Of a DNA stretch of 64,000 nt, positions 1 through 10,789 are shown piece by piece; the stretch's first letter is position 1; each line of letters begins with the position of its first letter. The notes under the pieces are model-generated. The model did no database searches and was not told the origin of the DNA. It saw nothing but the letters and a program-made list of their open reading frames with translations. The position numbers and the translations under genes were made by a program. Source of the DNA: an uncultured Planctomycetota bacterium (GTDB taxonomy: Bacteria > Planctomycetota > Planctomycetia > Isosphaerales > Isosphaeraceae); NCBI GenBank assembly GCA_963823665.1, contig CAWGMQ010000005.1, positions 1,088,001-1,152,000 on the forward strand, written 5' to 3'.

Positions 1-1094
1 CAACCATAGAGCCAGCCGTCGGGGCCCCAGATGAAGCTGTTGAGCGTTTCGTGCGTATCGTGCTGGCCCCAGCCGTCCAGGAGGACCTGGGGCGGTCCGT
101 CGGGCTGGTCGTCGCCATTCCTGTCGGGGATGAAATAGAATTCCGGCGCCGCACCGACCCAGACTCCGCCGAAGCCGACTTCGAGGCCGCTCACCAGGTT
201 CAGGTGATCGGCGAAGACCTTGCGGGAATCGAAGCGGCCGTCGCCGTCGGAGTCTTCGAAGATGAGGATGCGGTCTCGCGCCTGTGCCTGCGGCACTCGT
301 CGCGGGTAGGAGTAGGCCTCGGCAATCCAGATGCGGCCGCGATCGTCGATTGCCATTCCGATCGGCTGAACGACGTCGGGCTCGCCGGCGAAGAGGGTCA
401 CCTTGAAGCCCGGCGGCACGGTCATGGCCCGCGCTGCGTCTTCGGGACCCAATCCGGCGTGGGTGTAAGTATCGGGAGCGGCGGGGCGCCGGCGTGGAGG
501 AACGGCCGGCTTGGTGTCGTGGAGGCGGAAGTCGTCGAAGTTGATGTGGCCCCAGCCGTCGCTGTCGGAATCGACAAGCCGGATCACGATGTCCTTGCCC
601 ACGTGGGCAGACAGGTCGACCACGACGCGTTCCAGATCTTCTTGATCGTCGCCGGAGGCCTTGAAGACGACCTGGCCGTTATCGCTTCGGAGGAGCTCGA
701 TGTAGGTTGTGGGACGCGAGCCGCCGGCGACCATGAAGCTTGCGAACGGCTTCGAGACTCGGAACGGGACGGAGGTGAGCGTACCCTGGGCGGCGTCTCC
801 GTTGACCTCGAACGATCCGACCCAGAACCGGCCCTGCTGGCGGCTCTTCATGTCGCCGCGACGCCGGCTGACGGTGTCGCCGGAGACCGGCTGGCGCTGG
901 AACGCGTCACCCTGGGCGGTCCAGTCGGAGAGATCACCGGATTCGAAATCGAGATTGAGCGGCCGGCCTTTCTGGTCGCGGGGCAGAGAACCCTCGCGAC
1001 CCGGCTGCGGCTCGGACGAATCTGCCCGGGCGACAGCCGGCGCGATGGACAGAGCGAGAATAGCGATCCAGTTCAGCGACAACACCCGTCTCAT
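1..1094 (-). CDS. PVC-type heme-binding CxxCH / membrane-bound dehydrogenase-domain protein (5' part; runs off the window start)
   Basis: Manual minus-strand translation from ATG 1094: signal peptide MRRVLSLNWIAILALSIAPAVARA, then VPPGFKVTLFAGEPDVVQPIGMAIDDRGRIWIAE...DSDGDGRFD...WGPDGWLYG, typical of this planctomycete family. Absent from the ORF track because no stop lies in the window. Confidence 0.8.
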   Translation of the reverse strand, partial: MRRVLSLNWIAILALSIAPAVARADSSEPQPGREGSLPRDQKGRPLNLDFESGDLSDWTAQGDAFQRQPVSGDTVSRRRGDMKSRQQGRFWVGSFEVNGDAAQGTLTSVPFRVSKPFASFMVAGGSRPTTYIELLRSDNGQVVFKASGDDQEDLERVVVDLSAHVGKDIVIRLVDSDSDGWGHINFDDFRLHDTKPAVPPRRRPAAPDTYTHAGLGPEDAARAMTVPPGFKVTLFAGEPDVVQPIGMAIDDRGRIWIAEAYSYPRRVPQAQARDRILIFEDSDGDGRFDSRKVFADHLNLVSGLEVGFGGVWVGAAPEFYFIPDRNGDDQPDGPPQVLLDGWGQHDTHETLNSFIWGPDGWLYG

Positions 1095-1109
1095 GAACCT
1101 TCTTCCCGG

Positions 1110-1931
1110 TCACTTGACGGTGATCAAATCCTTGATCTTGGCGAATTCACCGTCCTTGATGCCCTTCACCTTCATCACGTCTTCGATGGTCTTGAACGGA
1201 CGGCCTTCGATGATTGCCTCGGCCCGGACCGGTCCAATACCGGGAAGAGTGTCGAGCTCTTCCTTGGAGGCGGTGTTCAGGTTGACCTTCTGCCCTGCCT
1301 TGGGCTTGGGCATATCCTTGGTCGCCGCGCCACCAGTGGTCTTGGCGGCGGTCTTGGCGGCGGCCTTGGCGGCGGGGGCGTCGGTCGTGACCAGGTCTCT
1401 GAGCGCATCGATCCGCGATTTGCCGAGGCCCTTGACGCGTTCGAGATCGTCGACCGATTTGAACGGGCGAGCTTCGATGATGGCCTTGGCGTGAGCCGGT
1501 CCGATGTTGGGCAGCTCTTCGAGTGCGGCGGAGTCAGCCGTATTGAGATTCACCTTCTCGGACTTGGCCTTGGGCTGGCTGGCTCCTTCTGTTTTGGACT
1601 TAGCCTTGGCGGCGGCGGCTTCCCCGACGTGAACCTTGGAGCGAATGGCCGTGATCACCCGCGCCGCAATGCCTGCTTTGGCGAGGTCGTCAACTTTGGA
1701 ATAGGGCCTGCCGGCGATGATCTTCTTGGCGGTGGACGGGCCGACGCTCGGGAGCTCTTCGAGCTCTTCGGCGGTGGCTTTGTTCAAGTCGATCGTGGCT
1801 GCCGGGGCTGCCTTCTCCTTGGCAGTGGTTTTCTGCGGGGCGGTCTGGGCCTGGATGGCGACGCTCGTCAGGACAACGACGGCGCCCACGAAAGGCACGA
1901 CCGCGAGTTTCATGAGATTAGGGACATTCAT
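1110..1931 (-). CDS. Exported helix-hairpin-helix DNA-binding protein (ComEA-like) with three HhH modules
   Basis: Signal peptide and three repeats of (I/V)(D/N)LN(K/T)A..xLxxLPxIGPxxAxxIIxxRP(Y/F) joined by Ala/Lys-rich linkers. Confidence 0.85.
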   Translation of the reverse strand: MNVPNLMKLAVVPFVGAVVVLTSVAIQAQTAPQKTTAKEKAAPAATIDLNKATAEELEELPSVGPSTAKKIIAGRPYSKVDDLAKAGIAARVITAIRSKVHVGEAAAAKAKSKTEGASQPKAKSEKVNLNTADSAALEELPNIGPAHAKAIIEARPFKSVDDLERVKGLGKSRIDALRDLVTTDAPAAKAAAKTAAKTTGGAATKDMPKPKAGQKVNLNTASKEELDTLPGIGPVRAEAIIEGRPFKTIEDVMKVKGIKDGEFAKIKDLITVK

Positions 1932-2297
1932 GGTTCTGCACTCGTCAAGTCAAAATCTACCACGGAAGAAGGAAACCGCATGGGAGAAGGTTGGATGCCG
2001 TGCGGTCTGCATGGAAGGCGATCGTCGCGTCTGGGCACAGCGGAACGCAGCGGTCCCAGCGGACTTTCGGGCTTGAAAAGGTCACAACCGGAGTCGCACG
2101 GATCTCGTCTCCCCATGCCAGCATACAGTGACGACGCGTGGATTCCAGAGCCTAGTGCCGTGCCGGATTACAGTTTTCTGAAGATGATGTGGCGGCGCCG
2201 CCGCGATTCGGGAGCGACACCTCGTTTCTTGAGTTTCGCCGCGTTATCATTCTGTGGTATTAACCCGTCATCATCGACACGTCGCGAGGAGCATATC

Positions 2298-3155
2298 ATG
2301 CGTTGGCAGGAAGGACGGCGGAGCGAGAACGTCGAGGATCGACGCGGAATGACACCCGCGAGACTTGCCATTGGAGGCGGCATCGGGACATTGCTGCTCG
2401 CGCTGGCCGCGATTTTTCTGGGTGCGGACCCTCGCCAGGTGCTGAACGCACTTCAGCAGCAACAACAACAAGCGGCGCCTGCTGGCGCCAAAGCACCGAG
2501 AAACCCTGAAGAAGATGAACGCGTTGACTTCGTGAAGCGCGTGCTGGCCATGACCGAGGACGTGTGGACGGACATCTTCCGCAAGAGCGGGAAGGCGTAC
2601 CAGAAACCCACGCTGATCACATTTAGCCGCGCGGTCGAGTCGGCTTGCGGAAATGCGAGTGCGGCCGTCGGGCCATTCTATTGTCCCAACGATTCGAACG
2701 TTTACATCGACGTGAGCTTTTTCAAGGAGCTGGAGGAGAAATTCAATTCCCCTGGCGACTTTGCCCAAGCGTACGTGGTGGCGCATGAAGTCGGCCATCA
2801 CGTACAGAACCTGCTTGGAATCAGCAGCAAGGTGCATGCGGCGCAGAGCCGTATGAGCAAGGAAGAGGCCAGCGAGCTGTCGGTGCGGCTCGAGCTGCAG
2901 GCGGATTTCCTGGCTGGCGTGTGGGCGCACCACGAGCAACGGATGGAGCAGGTTCTCGAACCTGGTGACGTCGAGAGAGCGCTCAACGCAGCGTCGGCGA
3001 TCGGTGACGACCGAATCCAGATGGAGAACCAGGGATACGTCGTTCCCGACACCTTTACCCACGGCACTTCCAAACAGCGGGTGCGCTGGTTCCGGAAGGG
3101 CTTGACAACCGGCGACATGAACCAGATGGATACGTTCAACGCCCCGGAGCTGTAG
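2298..3155 (+). CDS. Neutral zinc metallopeptidase (YpfJ family)
   Basis: MRWQEGRRSENVEDRRG N-terminus, GPFYCP, HEVGHH, ELQAD and FTHGTS motifs; GAGGAG RBS before ATG 2298. The earlier part of the 51..3155 ORF is antisense shadow. Confidence 0.9.
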   Translation: MRWQEGRRSENVEDRRGMTPARLAIGGGIGTLLLALAAIFLGADPRQVLNALQQQQQQAAPAGAKAPRNPEEDERVDFVKRVLAMTEDVWTDIFRKSGKAYQKPTLITFSRAVESACGNASAAVGPFYCPNDSNVYIDVSFFKELEEKFNSPGDFAQAYVVAHEVGHHVQNLLGISSKVHAAQSRMSKEEASELSVRLELQADFLAGVWAHHEQRMEQVLEPGDVERALNAASAIGDDRIQMENQGYVVPDTFTHGTSKQRVRWFRKGLTTGDMNQMDTFNAPEL

Positions 3156-3294
3156 GTTCAAGAGTGCAAGAAAGTCTGGCCGGACTTCCGTGCCATCTCC
3201 ACCCTTCGTCGGCTCTCTCCGCCGGAACAGAGAGACGGTTGGCAATGGAGTGGAATTCGATCGTGACGTCTTCATTTCCGCGAGGTGCACGCAG

Positions 3295-3699
3295 ATGGGC
3301 AGTGTGATCGATGTTGAAGGCATCGGTGAAGTCTACGGCGCGAAGCTCAAGGAAGCCGGCATCGCGACGACCAGCTCGCTTCTCAAAGAAGGAGCGTCTC
3401 CGGCCGGCCGGAAGAAAATTGCCAAGGACACCGGGATCAGCCACGCGCTGATCCTGCGCTGGATCAACCACGTCGACCTTTTCCGCATCAAAGGGGTGCA
3501 AAAACAGTATGCTGAGCTGCTGGAAGCGTCCGGCGTGGATTCGATTCCAGAGCTGGCGCAGCGCATCCCGGCGAACCTCCAGCCCAAGATGGCGGCGGTG
3601 AACGAGAAGAAGAAACTGGTGCGCAAGCTGCCCACTTTGGACCAAGTCGCCGACTGGGTGGCGCAGGCGAAGAAACTCCCTCGAACCATCACGTATTGA
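3295..3699 (+). CDS. DUF4332 domain protein
   Basis: IDVEGIGEVYGAKLKEAGI...WINHVDLFRIKGV..YAELLEASGVDSIPELAQR. Confidence 0.85.
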   Translation: MGSVIDVEGIGEVYGAKLKEAGIATTSSLLKEGASPAGRKKIAKDTGISHALILRWINHVDLFRIKGVQKQYAELLEASGVDSIPELAQRIPANLQPKMAAVNEKKKLVRKLPTLDQVADWVAQAKKLPRTITY

Positions 3700-3737
3700 G
3701 CCCCGGCACGAACCATATAACCCGAAGAGGTACCACA

Positions 3738-4181
3738 ATGTCCGACGTCGTCGACCGGCTCGCATCCCAAACAGGCATTTCGGCCGATCAGATTCAAAAG
3801 GGCCTTGGAGCATTCTTTACCTTTCTGAAAAAGGAACTGGGTGAGGAGACGTACACCGAGGTTGAGGCGTCGGTTCCCGATGCCGTGAATGCGGTGAAGA
3901 CGTTCGAGACGGCGCCCGAGGCGAGTCAAGGATCGGGTAGCCTGCTCGGGATGGTCACCGATCTGGCCGGTAAATTTCTGGGCGGTAAAACTGGAGCGGG
4001 AGCCGAGCTGGTGGCGAGCTTTACCAAATTAGGCTTCAAGCCGGAACAGATCGAGAGTTTTCTGCCCAAGGTGCTCGAGCTGATCAAGGCCCATCTTTCA
4101 CCGGAGCTCGTCCAAAAGATCATGGCCAGTCTGCCAGCACTGGCCGCGATGCTCGGCGCGCGGGCGAAGAACGAAGCTTAA
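3738..4181 (+). CDS. Small helical protein (DUF2780/DUF2267-like)
   Basis: MSDVVDRLASQTGISADQIQKGLGA pattern; RBS GAGG; follows the DUF4332 gene. Confidence 0.6.
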   Translation: MSDVVDRLASQTGISADQIQKGLGAFFTFLKKELGEETYTEVEASVPDAVNAVKTFETAPEASQGSGSLLGMVTDLAGKFLGGKTGAGAELVASFTKLGFKPEQIESFLPKVLELIKAHLSPELVQKIMASLPALAAMLGARAKNEA

Positions 4182-4392
4182 GCGGCAGTGGGGCCTGCGA
4201 TTGGAATTGGTGGACTGGGCGGATCGTGGCGGATTTCCGATCGGGAGCTCATGCACGACCGCCTGGAATGCCGATGATGACGATACGAAACGGCCTGAAC
4301 GTATTGCATGCACGCTGGCTCTGAAGCTCGCATGGAAACCGTTCAGTGTCCGGGAGAATCAGCCGAACGTCTTTTGGGAATGGATTCCCGAC

Positions 4393-5328
4393 ATGCGGTC
4401 GTATCATCGATTGGGCTCGCGTGGTGTACGTCGCGTTTCCCTGCACGCCGAACCGCTCGAGCATCGAACGCTTTTGAGCGGGGCGCCGGCAACGCAGCAC
4501 GTGGCGATTGATGTACCGAGCGAGTACGTGAGCCAGCAGGCCGACCAGCTCACGGTCACGCTGGTGCGCTCGTCGCCTTCAGGGCACAGCCGCAGCCTGC
4601 GGCCATTGACGATTGATTTCTGGGCAGCGGAGGGTTCCCTTACACACGGCGGCAAGCTCACCGATACAGTCGTGCCGGCGCAATTCACGCCGGTCAACCA
4701 GTCGGTGACGTTCCCAGCGGGGATGACGACCGAGACCGTTGCCGTCCCCATCACCTCGGGAGCACCAAATCCTGGGTCAGTGGCGGTGCGGCTGGGCGTG
4801 AGCTCGCCTTCGGGACGGGCGCGCGATAGCGCTTTGACGGTTTATCTTGCGAACAGTGTCGCCGCCGTTCCACCGTCGATCGTCGCCGTTCAACGGGTTG
4901 CTGGAGGAATCGCGATCACGTTCAGCAAGCCGATGAACCCTGCTCGGGTTCAGAATATCCACAATTACGCGGTCAGGTTTACTCCCTCGCAGCAGTTCAA
5001 CGTGGTGGATTTGACCGGCGTCGGTCTGATCCAGCAGTTGACCAACGGCAAGCAGCCAATCCCGCTGAGACGAGCGACCTACGATGCCGCCACGAACACG
5101 GTCTTGCTGGTTGCTACCGAGCAGCTCGGGCTCAACGGCGTGTACACGATCAGCAACGCACCGAGCCTCCGCTTCCCTGGGAACAGACCGCACAAGGCAC
5201 GCCCCCTCACCGACCTGGAAGGCAACCCACTCGAGGAGGAAGACGGCGGCGGCGGCGTCTTCTCGATCAACATCAGCAAGGGGCGTCCGTACGCGGTGGG
5301 CGCGCCCAGTATCTCGGACGGGAGTTGA
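4393..5328 (+). CDS. Planctomycete extracellular protein with Ig/Calx-like beta domains
   Basis: Arg-rich N-terminus with EPLEHRTLLS (LExRxLL motif), then FTPVNQSVTFPAG and ITFSKPMNP. Confidence 0.65.
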   Translation: MRSYHRLGSRGVRRVSLHAEPLEHRTLLSGAPATQHVAIDVPSEYVSQQADQLTVTLVRSSPSGHSRSLRPLTIDFWAAEGSLTHGGKLTDTVVPAQFTPVNQSVTFPAGMTTETVAVPITSGAPNPGSVAVRLGVSSPSGRARDSALTVYLANSVAAVPPSIVAVQRVAGGIAITFSKPMNPARVQNIHNYAVRFTPSQQFNVVDLTGVGLIQQLTNGKQPIPLRRATYDAATNTVLLVATEQLGLNGVYTISNAPSLRFPGNRPHKARPLTDLEGNPLEEEDGGGGVFSINISKGRPYAVGAPSISDGS

Positions 5329-5551
5329 TCGAGGAACCGAACTGAAGAAACGCGAGATCGCCCGTCGAGAAGGCGCGATCGAATCAAGCCGCGGTGTTCG
5401 ATCGCGGTGGAGCGCCCGAGGCTCTCGGGTGTGGCGTGCCGCAATTTCTCAGGTTAACCTGAGTAACGTTCAATAGAACAGCGGGCCGACTCCGAGAGGG
5501 GCAGCGGAGCACGCGCACAACACGCGGAAACTCACCAAGGGAACGGCACTC

Positions 5552-6898
5552 ATGGCGCATCGTATTCATCCTGGAATATTTGTTTGTGTGACGATAGCTA
5601 CGGGCCTGTTGATCGGCGCGGCAAGCGGTGACGAGCCGCAGAAGAGTGGGGGGGTGTTGACCGGCCAGGATGCTCTGGGCGACTGGACCACCGATGCACC
5701 GGGCGTGCGCCGGCGGATCACGATCGACGACCTTGCCAAGCCGTTCGCGACTCCGTCTGCGAACAATTTCCCCAGGCCCGCGCGCCGGCCTTCGGAGGCC
5801 ATGCCGCGGGCGCCGAAGGGATTCCAGGTTTCCGAGTTTGCGGCCGGTTTGCAGAACCCTCGCAAGATCGTGACTGCGCCAAACGGCGACATCTTTATTG
5901 CCGAAAGCATGCCGAGTGGCCGTACGCCCGGCCGAATCAAGGTCCTTCGCGATACCGACGGCGACGGTAAGGCCGACGTGACCGAGAACTTTGCGACCGG
6001 TTTGCGCCGGCCGTTCGGGATCGCGTTCTACCCCGCCGGCCCGAATCCTACCTACGTGTACGTAGGCAACACCGACTCGGTCGTCCGCTTTCCCTATCGG
6101 AACGGCGACACCAAAGCTTCAGGAGAAGCGCAGATGCTGGTCGACAACATCCCCACCGGGCGAGAGCAAGTAGGCGGTGGGGGACACTGGACTCGCGATG
6201 TTGAATTCGCCAAGGACGGCAAGACGCTCTTTGTCTCGGTCGGTTCGCGGTCGAACGTGAGTGACGACCAGAGCGAAGCGCGGCGCGCCGATATTCTGGC
6301 GTTCGACCCCGACGGGAAGAACGAGCGCATCTACGCATCGGGTATCCGCAACGCCGTCGGCCTGGCCATTCATCCCGAGACCGGCCAGCTCTGGGCTTCG
6401 GTCAACGAGCGTGACGCGCTCGGCGACCACCTGGTGCCCGATTATGTGACCCACGTAGAACAAGGCGGTTTCTACGGCTGGCCCTGGTACTACATCGGTG
6501 CCCATCAAGACCCTCGGCACGGAGGCAAGCACCCGGAGCTCAAGGACAAGGTGATCGTCCCCGACGTGCTGGTTCAATCGCACTCGGCATCATTGTGCAT
6601 GACGTTTTATACCGGCAGTCAGTTTCCTGAATCGTATCGCCTCGACGCATTCGCTGCCGAGCACGGCTCGTGGAACCGCGCGCGCCGTACCGGTTACAAG
6701 GTGATTCGGATCCCGATGAAGGACGGTAAAGCGACCGGCGAATACGAGGACTTCCTGGTCGGTTTCGTCACCCCGGAAGGTAATGTCTGGGGCCGCCCGG
6801 TTGGCGTGACCGTGGCCAAGGACGGCGCGCTCCTGGTCACCGACGACGGTTCGGGCATCGTCTGGCGGGTCGCATACATCGGCTCGGACACGAAGTGA
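5552..6898 (+). CDS. PQQ-dependent sugar/L-sorbosone dehydrogenase family protein
   Basis: HWTR, SVGSRSNV, GIRNAVG, VNERDALGD, FYGWPWY, HGSWNR and GRPVGV motifs; signal peptide. Confidence 0.9.
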   Translation: MAHRIHPGIFVCVTIATGLLIGAASGDEPQKSGGVLTGQDALGDWTTDAPGVRRRITIDDLAKPFATPSANNFPRPARRPSEAMPRAPKGFQVSEFAAGLQNPRKIVTAPNGDIFIAESMPSGRTPGRIKVLRDTDGDGKADVTENFATGLRRPFGIAFYPAGPNPTYVYVGNTDSVVRFPYRNGDTKASGEAQMLVDNIPTGREQVGGGGHWTRDVEFAKDGKTLFVSVGSRSNVSDDQSEARRADILAFDPDGKNERIYASGIRNAVGLAIHPETGQLWASVNERDALGDHLVPDYVTHVEQGGFYGWPWYYIGAHQDPRHGGKHPELKDKVIVPDVLVQSHSASLCMTFYTGSQFPESYRLDAFAAEHGSWNRARRTGYKVIRIPMKDGKATGEYEDFLVGFVTPEGNVWGRPVGVTVAKDGALLVTDDGSGIVWRVAYIGSDTK

Positions 6899-8079
6899 TG
6901 AGCGGTGCCAGTCAAATGCGCATTCAGCAGCCGCGATCGGCATTTCGACTTGCTCTGGGTGTTGGGTGCATTCTGGTCTTGGGACTGGAGCTGCCACGAT
7001 CGCTGCGCGCCCAAGCACGGGTGCAGCCGACGGTCGATGAGCGGTGGATCGGCCAACGGGTGGTGCAGAAGGTCGCCAAGCTGACGCTCCGCATGAATGG
7101 CGAGCCCGTCGAAGGCAACAACGGCACGCGTCACTTTTATCGGGTGGAGCAGATCGATGGTGCGTCGCTTCTGCTCAAGCCAGAAGGCCAGGGAAAAGGG
7201 GGCTGGGCGAGTGCAGTCGAGGTCATTCGCGTCGCTGAGGCACTCGAGTTCTTCCTCCAGCAAATCCAACGTAATCCCAAAGACCCGTTGTCATTCGCCA
7301 TGATCGGGCTGCTCAGGGGCGACCGGAACGAGTACGACCTGGCCATCCACAGCTACGACGAAGCAATCCGGCTCGAGCCGAAAAATGCCGCGATCTACGC
7401 AGCCCGGGCCCGATCGTGGTATGCAAAGAAAGAGTATGACCGCGCCATCGCGGACTACGACGCCGCAATCATTCGCGATCCGAAGAACTGCGCCGCGTAC
7501 ATCGGGCGCGGCCTCACTGCTGTTGCGAGGAACCAGTACACGCAGGCCATCGCCGACTTCAGCGAGGCGATCTGGCTCGACCCGCTCTCGACATCAGCTT
7601 ACTTCAATCGCGGTCGCGCGTGGCGATCCAGGAAGGAGTATGCGAAGGCGATCATCGATTACAATCTGGCAGCGCGGCTCGACCCCCAACGGGCCGACGT
7701 TTTTCGTGAGCGCGCTAATGCCTGGGAAGCGCTGAACAGCTATCGCAATGCTATCGCCGATTACGGGGAGGCGATTCGGATCGATCCGCGCGACCCGCGA
7801 GCATACAGCGATCAAGCCAGGCTCCTCGTGACATGCCCGGATCGGATGCTGCGCGATGCCAAGCTTGCCGTGGATTTGGCAAGGAAAGCATGCGAGCTGA
7901 CCCGCTGGCAGGAAGCCAGCGCGCTTGACGCGCTGGCTCGTGCCTCGGCCGCGATCGGAGATTTCAAATCGGCTGTAGAGTGGCAAACCAAGTCAAACGT
8001 ACTCGCTCGCAGCCCCGTCGAGCGGGAAGAGGGAGCCGCTCGGCTGAAGCAATACCTGGAAAAGCTGCCGGAACCGTGA
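6898..8079 (+). CDS. Tetratricopeptide repeat protein
   Basis: Repeated AIADYxxAIxxDP units and C-terminal AVDLARKACELTRW; overlaps the upstream stop (GTGATGA). Start uncertain. Confidence 0.85.
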   Translation: MSGASQMRIQQPRSAFRLALGVGCILVLGLELPRSLRAQARVQPTVDERWIGQRVVQKVAKLTLRMNGEPVEGNNGTRHFYRVEQIDGASLLLKPEGQGKGGWASAVEVIRVAEALEFFLQQIQRNPKDPLSFAMIGLLRGDRNEYDLAIHSYDEAIRLEPKNAAIYAARARSWYAKKEYDRAIADYDAAIIRDPKNCAAYIGRGLTAVARNQYTQAIADFSEAIWLDPLSTSAYFNRGRAWRSRKEYAKAIIDYNLAARLDPQRADVFRERANAWEALNSYRNAIADYGEAIRIDPRDPRAYSDQARLLVTCPDRMLRDAKLAVDLARKACELTRWQEASALDALARASAAIGDFKSAVEWQTKSNVLARSPVEREEGAARLKQYLEKLPEP

Positions 8080-8214
8080 GCAGACGTCTGAGGCGAACCC
8101 GCGCGGCGGCCGATTCACCCGGGCTATCGCACGCCCGGGACAATCTTGCCGCAGAGCCTAGGCATCAACGCGTACGGCACGCAAAGCTCCTATCGGACGC
8201 CATGTGGGAACATC

Positions 8215-9831
8215 TCAGAGGCCGCTCAAGTTCAGGCCGACGAGCCTGATCCCCTTCTTCAGTCCCAGTTCTTTCACGACATTCTCACTCGCCGGCACCG
8301 TCAAGCTTCGGCGCGGGGCGATGCTGATGCCGACCAGGAACTTGGGCACTTCCTCCGCCGCACTTGCGACGCCCAGTGCCGCTAGGCCGTTCAGAACAAG
8401 GGGCGATGCGTTTTCGATTCGAATCTCATAGTGCATCTTCCCCTTGTCCTTGACCCCCTTGCTCAACTGTGCCCGGACCAGTCGATTGAGGATTCCCTCC
8501 GACATCTCCTCGCAGAGATCGTAGGTGTCGAGCTTGCCTTTGTCCCGTTTGACGGGAACGTTGAACTTACCGAACGCGACCCAGTGTTGCGCCGCGCCGT
8601 CGCTCGAGAAGACCTGGACCAGCGCAGTGCTCGCGCTCAGCTTGACGCGGCAAGCCACAGCGGGAGCATTCGGCCGAGGCGGTATCCCGTTGTCAGCGAG
8701 GAGCCCCAAGACCATCTTGTTCTGAAGCGTCCGCGAGAGCTCGGCCGCCGCCACTTCACCCGCGCTGTCGCTTCCCGAGACTTCGAAAAGAACCCTGGCA
8801 TTCTCATCGACGACCTTTGTATCCAGCCGAGCCACGAAATCCTGGGCGAGCGTCATCTCGTAGCGGTTAACCCAGTTTCCCGCGAGCTGGGAAATGGAGT
8901 TCCAATCAAGTCCGGCGCACACATGCCACATGACAAGCTGCGAAACTCGCGAGGGAGCCATGCGCTCAGCCAGTCGCCTCAATGCCGTCTGGACTCGCGG
9001 GTCTTGATTGGTTTCGGCAATGTCGGCGAGTGCGAGCGGCTCGCCCTTCTGGGGCAGCCTCAAGACGATCGCGGGGTCGGGAGGCGTCAGACTCACCAAT
9101 CGCGTCGGCAAGTGACGGGTCTGACCCGGCTCCAGAACGGCCGAAGGGACCCCTGTTGCAGGCACGGAGCGCATACCGCCGCCCATTCCACCCATCATGC
9201 CGCCGCCCATACCGCCGCCCATCATCCCCATGCCGCCACCCATTCCACCCATGCCTCTCATACCCATCATTCCGATCATGAGGCTGCGCATGTCCCAACT
9301 ATCAGGATCACCGCAAAAATACATGATAATTCGCGCAAGCGTCATCATGCCGAACATTGCCGGCATTGTCCCGGAACTGCGGCCCATGCCTCCCATGCCT
9401 CGCATCCCGCCGCCCATGCCTCCCATGCCGCCGCCCATGCCTCCCATGCCACCGCCCATGCCGCCACCCATGCCTCCCATGCCACCGCCCATGCCTCCCA
9501 TTCCTCCGAACTGGCCGGTCGCGCCTTGCGCAATCAAGCCCGGCGGCAGCACGACTCGCAGTTGGCGGCGGGTGCGATTCGTGAGAGAGACGGTCATCCG
9601 GCCATCGTCTCGGCCCTCGGCCTTGACGGTGATCTCCCCGTCGCGCGCGGCGGCAAGCAGGTTGACTTCCCGAATCTCCTGCTCGTCCTGGTTCTTTGAT
9701 CGTTCCGGCGCAACTTGCGACGGACGGACTTTTGTCTCGGACTTGTCCTGGGGGTCTCCCGCACAAGCCGGGGAAAAACCAAGCGAACCTGTGAGGCCAA
9801 TTACCAGGAACGCCCGAATGCAGTAATTCAT
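8215..9831 (-). CDS. Exported Gly/Met-rich low-complexity protein, paralog 1
   Basis: Signal peptide, AQGATGQF-(GGM)n-MPAxxGMMxLARIIMYFCGDPDSWDMRSLMIGMM-(GGM)n-MRSV, C-terminus ...LSGL; RBS GAAAGG. Confidence 0.85.
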   Translation of the reverse strand: MNYCIRAFLVIGLTGSLGFSPACAGDPQDKSETKVRPSQVAPERSKNQDEQEIREVNLLAAARDGEITVKAEGRDDGRMTVSLTNRTRRQLRVVLPPGLIAQGATGQFGGMGGMGGGMGGMGGGMGGGMGGMGGGMGGMGGGMRGMGGMGRSSGTMPAMFGMMTLARIIMYFCGDPDSWDMRSLMIGMMGMRGMGGMGGGMGMMGGGMGGGMMGGMGGGMRSVPATGVPSAVLEPGQTRHLPTRLVSLTPPDPAIVLRLPQKGEPLALADIAETNQDPRVQTALRRLAERMAPSRVSQLVMWHVCAGLDWNSISQLAGNWVNRYEMTLAQDFVARLDTKVVDENARVLFEVSGSDSAGEVAAAELSRTLQNKMVLGLLADNGIPPRPNAPAVACRVKLSASTALVQVFSSDGAAQHWVAFGKFNVPVKRDKGKLDTYDLCEEMSEGILNRLVRAQLSKGVKDKGKMHYEIRIENASPLVLNGLAALGVASAAEEVPKFLVGISIAPRRSLTVPASENVVKELGLKKGIRLVGLNLSGL

Positions 9832-10120
9832 CGAACGAGACCTTTCGTATGAAAGAGATAAATGAATCGTGCGGCGCAGACGAGCGCGACACACGAAGTA
9901 CAAATTCACTCGTTTATTTAGCCGGGATCGGCTGCCGCGTTGCGGCGTGAGATGCGAATCCGGACGGGATCACCGCGTCGATATGCGGGGCGATCCACTA
10001 CCGACGCGCCACCAAGCCGTCTCACAACGAGCAGGCCGAATGCCGCGGAGGGATCCCCGCGTGACACGGTGCGGCTCGGAAGCGCTCAGGTCGCACAGCG
10101 GATGATCGAAGAAGGGAGGT

Positions 10121-10471
10121 CTAACAGCGAAGCGGTGAAAGGGTAGGAACGCGCCGCGTGCTGAAGGCAATCGACCAGGGCAAACAGAGCGAGCGCGGGA
10201 CGACTACAGGTCCCAAGTCGGTCTCTTCGCGGATGTTGTAGTCGGTCTCGGCCAGCACGATTTTTGGCCGTGCCTTCCACGGAGCAAAGCGACTCATCGT
10301 CGGCGCATCTGGAATGCTCATCCCAACCGGCCGAACGGATGTGCCGTCGACCGTCAGTGTAGCGAAAGCCGAGGCTTTTGCCGGTGACTCGGTCGACAGC
10401 GCGAACAGCGCCGACGGCGCGCTTAGCAAAGGAAAGAACAGGACCAAGAGAGCCGGACGAATGACGAACAT
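10121..10471 (-). CDS. Small signal-peptide protein ending PLRC, paralog a
   Basis: Homologous to 12753-13103 and 15362-15721 (RxAPWKARPKIVLxE...DLGP..VP...PLRC). Confidence 0.65.
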   Translation of the reverse strand: MFVIRPALLVLFFPLLSAPSALFALSTESPAKASAFATLTVDGTSVRPVGMSIPDAPTMSRFAPWKARPKIVLAETDYNIREETDLGPVVVPRSLCLPWSIAFSTRRVPTLSPLRC

Positions 10472-10789
10472 CCCGCTTCCCCACGAGGAGCCAGTCGAGA
10501 TCAAGCGCGTATCAGCCTGATCACAAGGAAAGCTCATGAGATAGGATATCTCGTCCAAAGCGCTCGATCAAGGCAGAGCTTCAGATATCTTATTATGCGA
10601 TGTTGTGCCCGCGGCCGGCCATGAAATAGCGATGTCATCCTTGGTTCTTGACAGCAGCACCGACCAGAATCCGGAACCGAACGAAGTTCCCCGGCGAGCC
10701 ATCCTCGCCGGGGCTGGTCAAGATCATTGAGACGTGTCGGTCGTTTTCAGCGTCTGGGCACGCTGCGAATCCGGTGAACGCCCGCAACA

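Noticed and set aside
51..2297. 5' two-thirds of the 1034-aa plus-strand ORF
   Set aside because: Antisense shadow of the two minus-strand genes; only 2298-3155 has protein motifs and an RBS.
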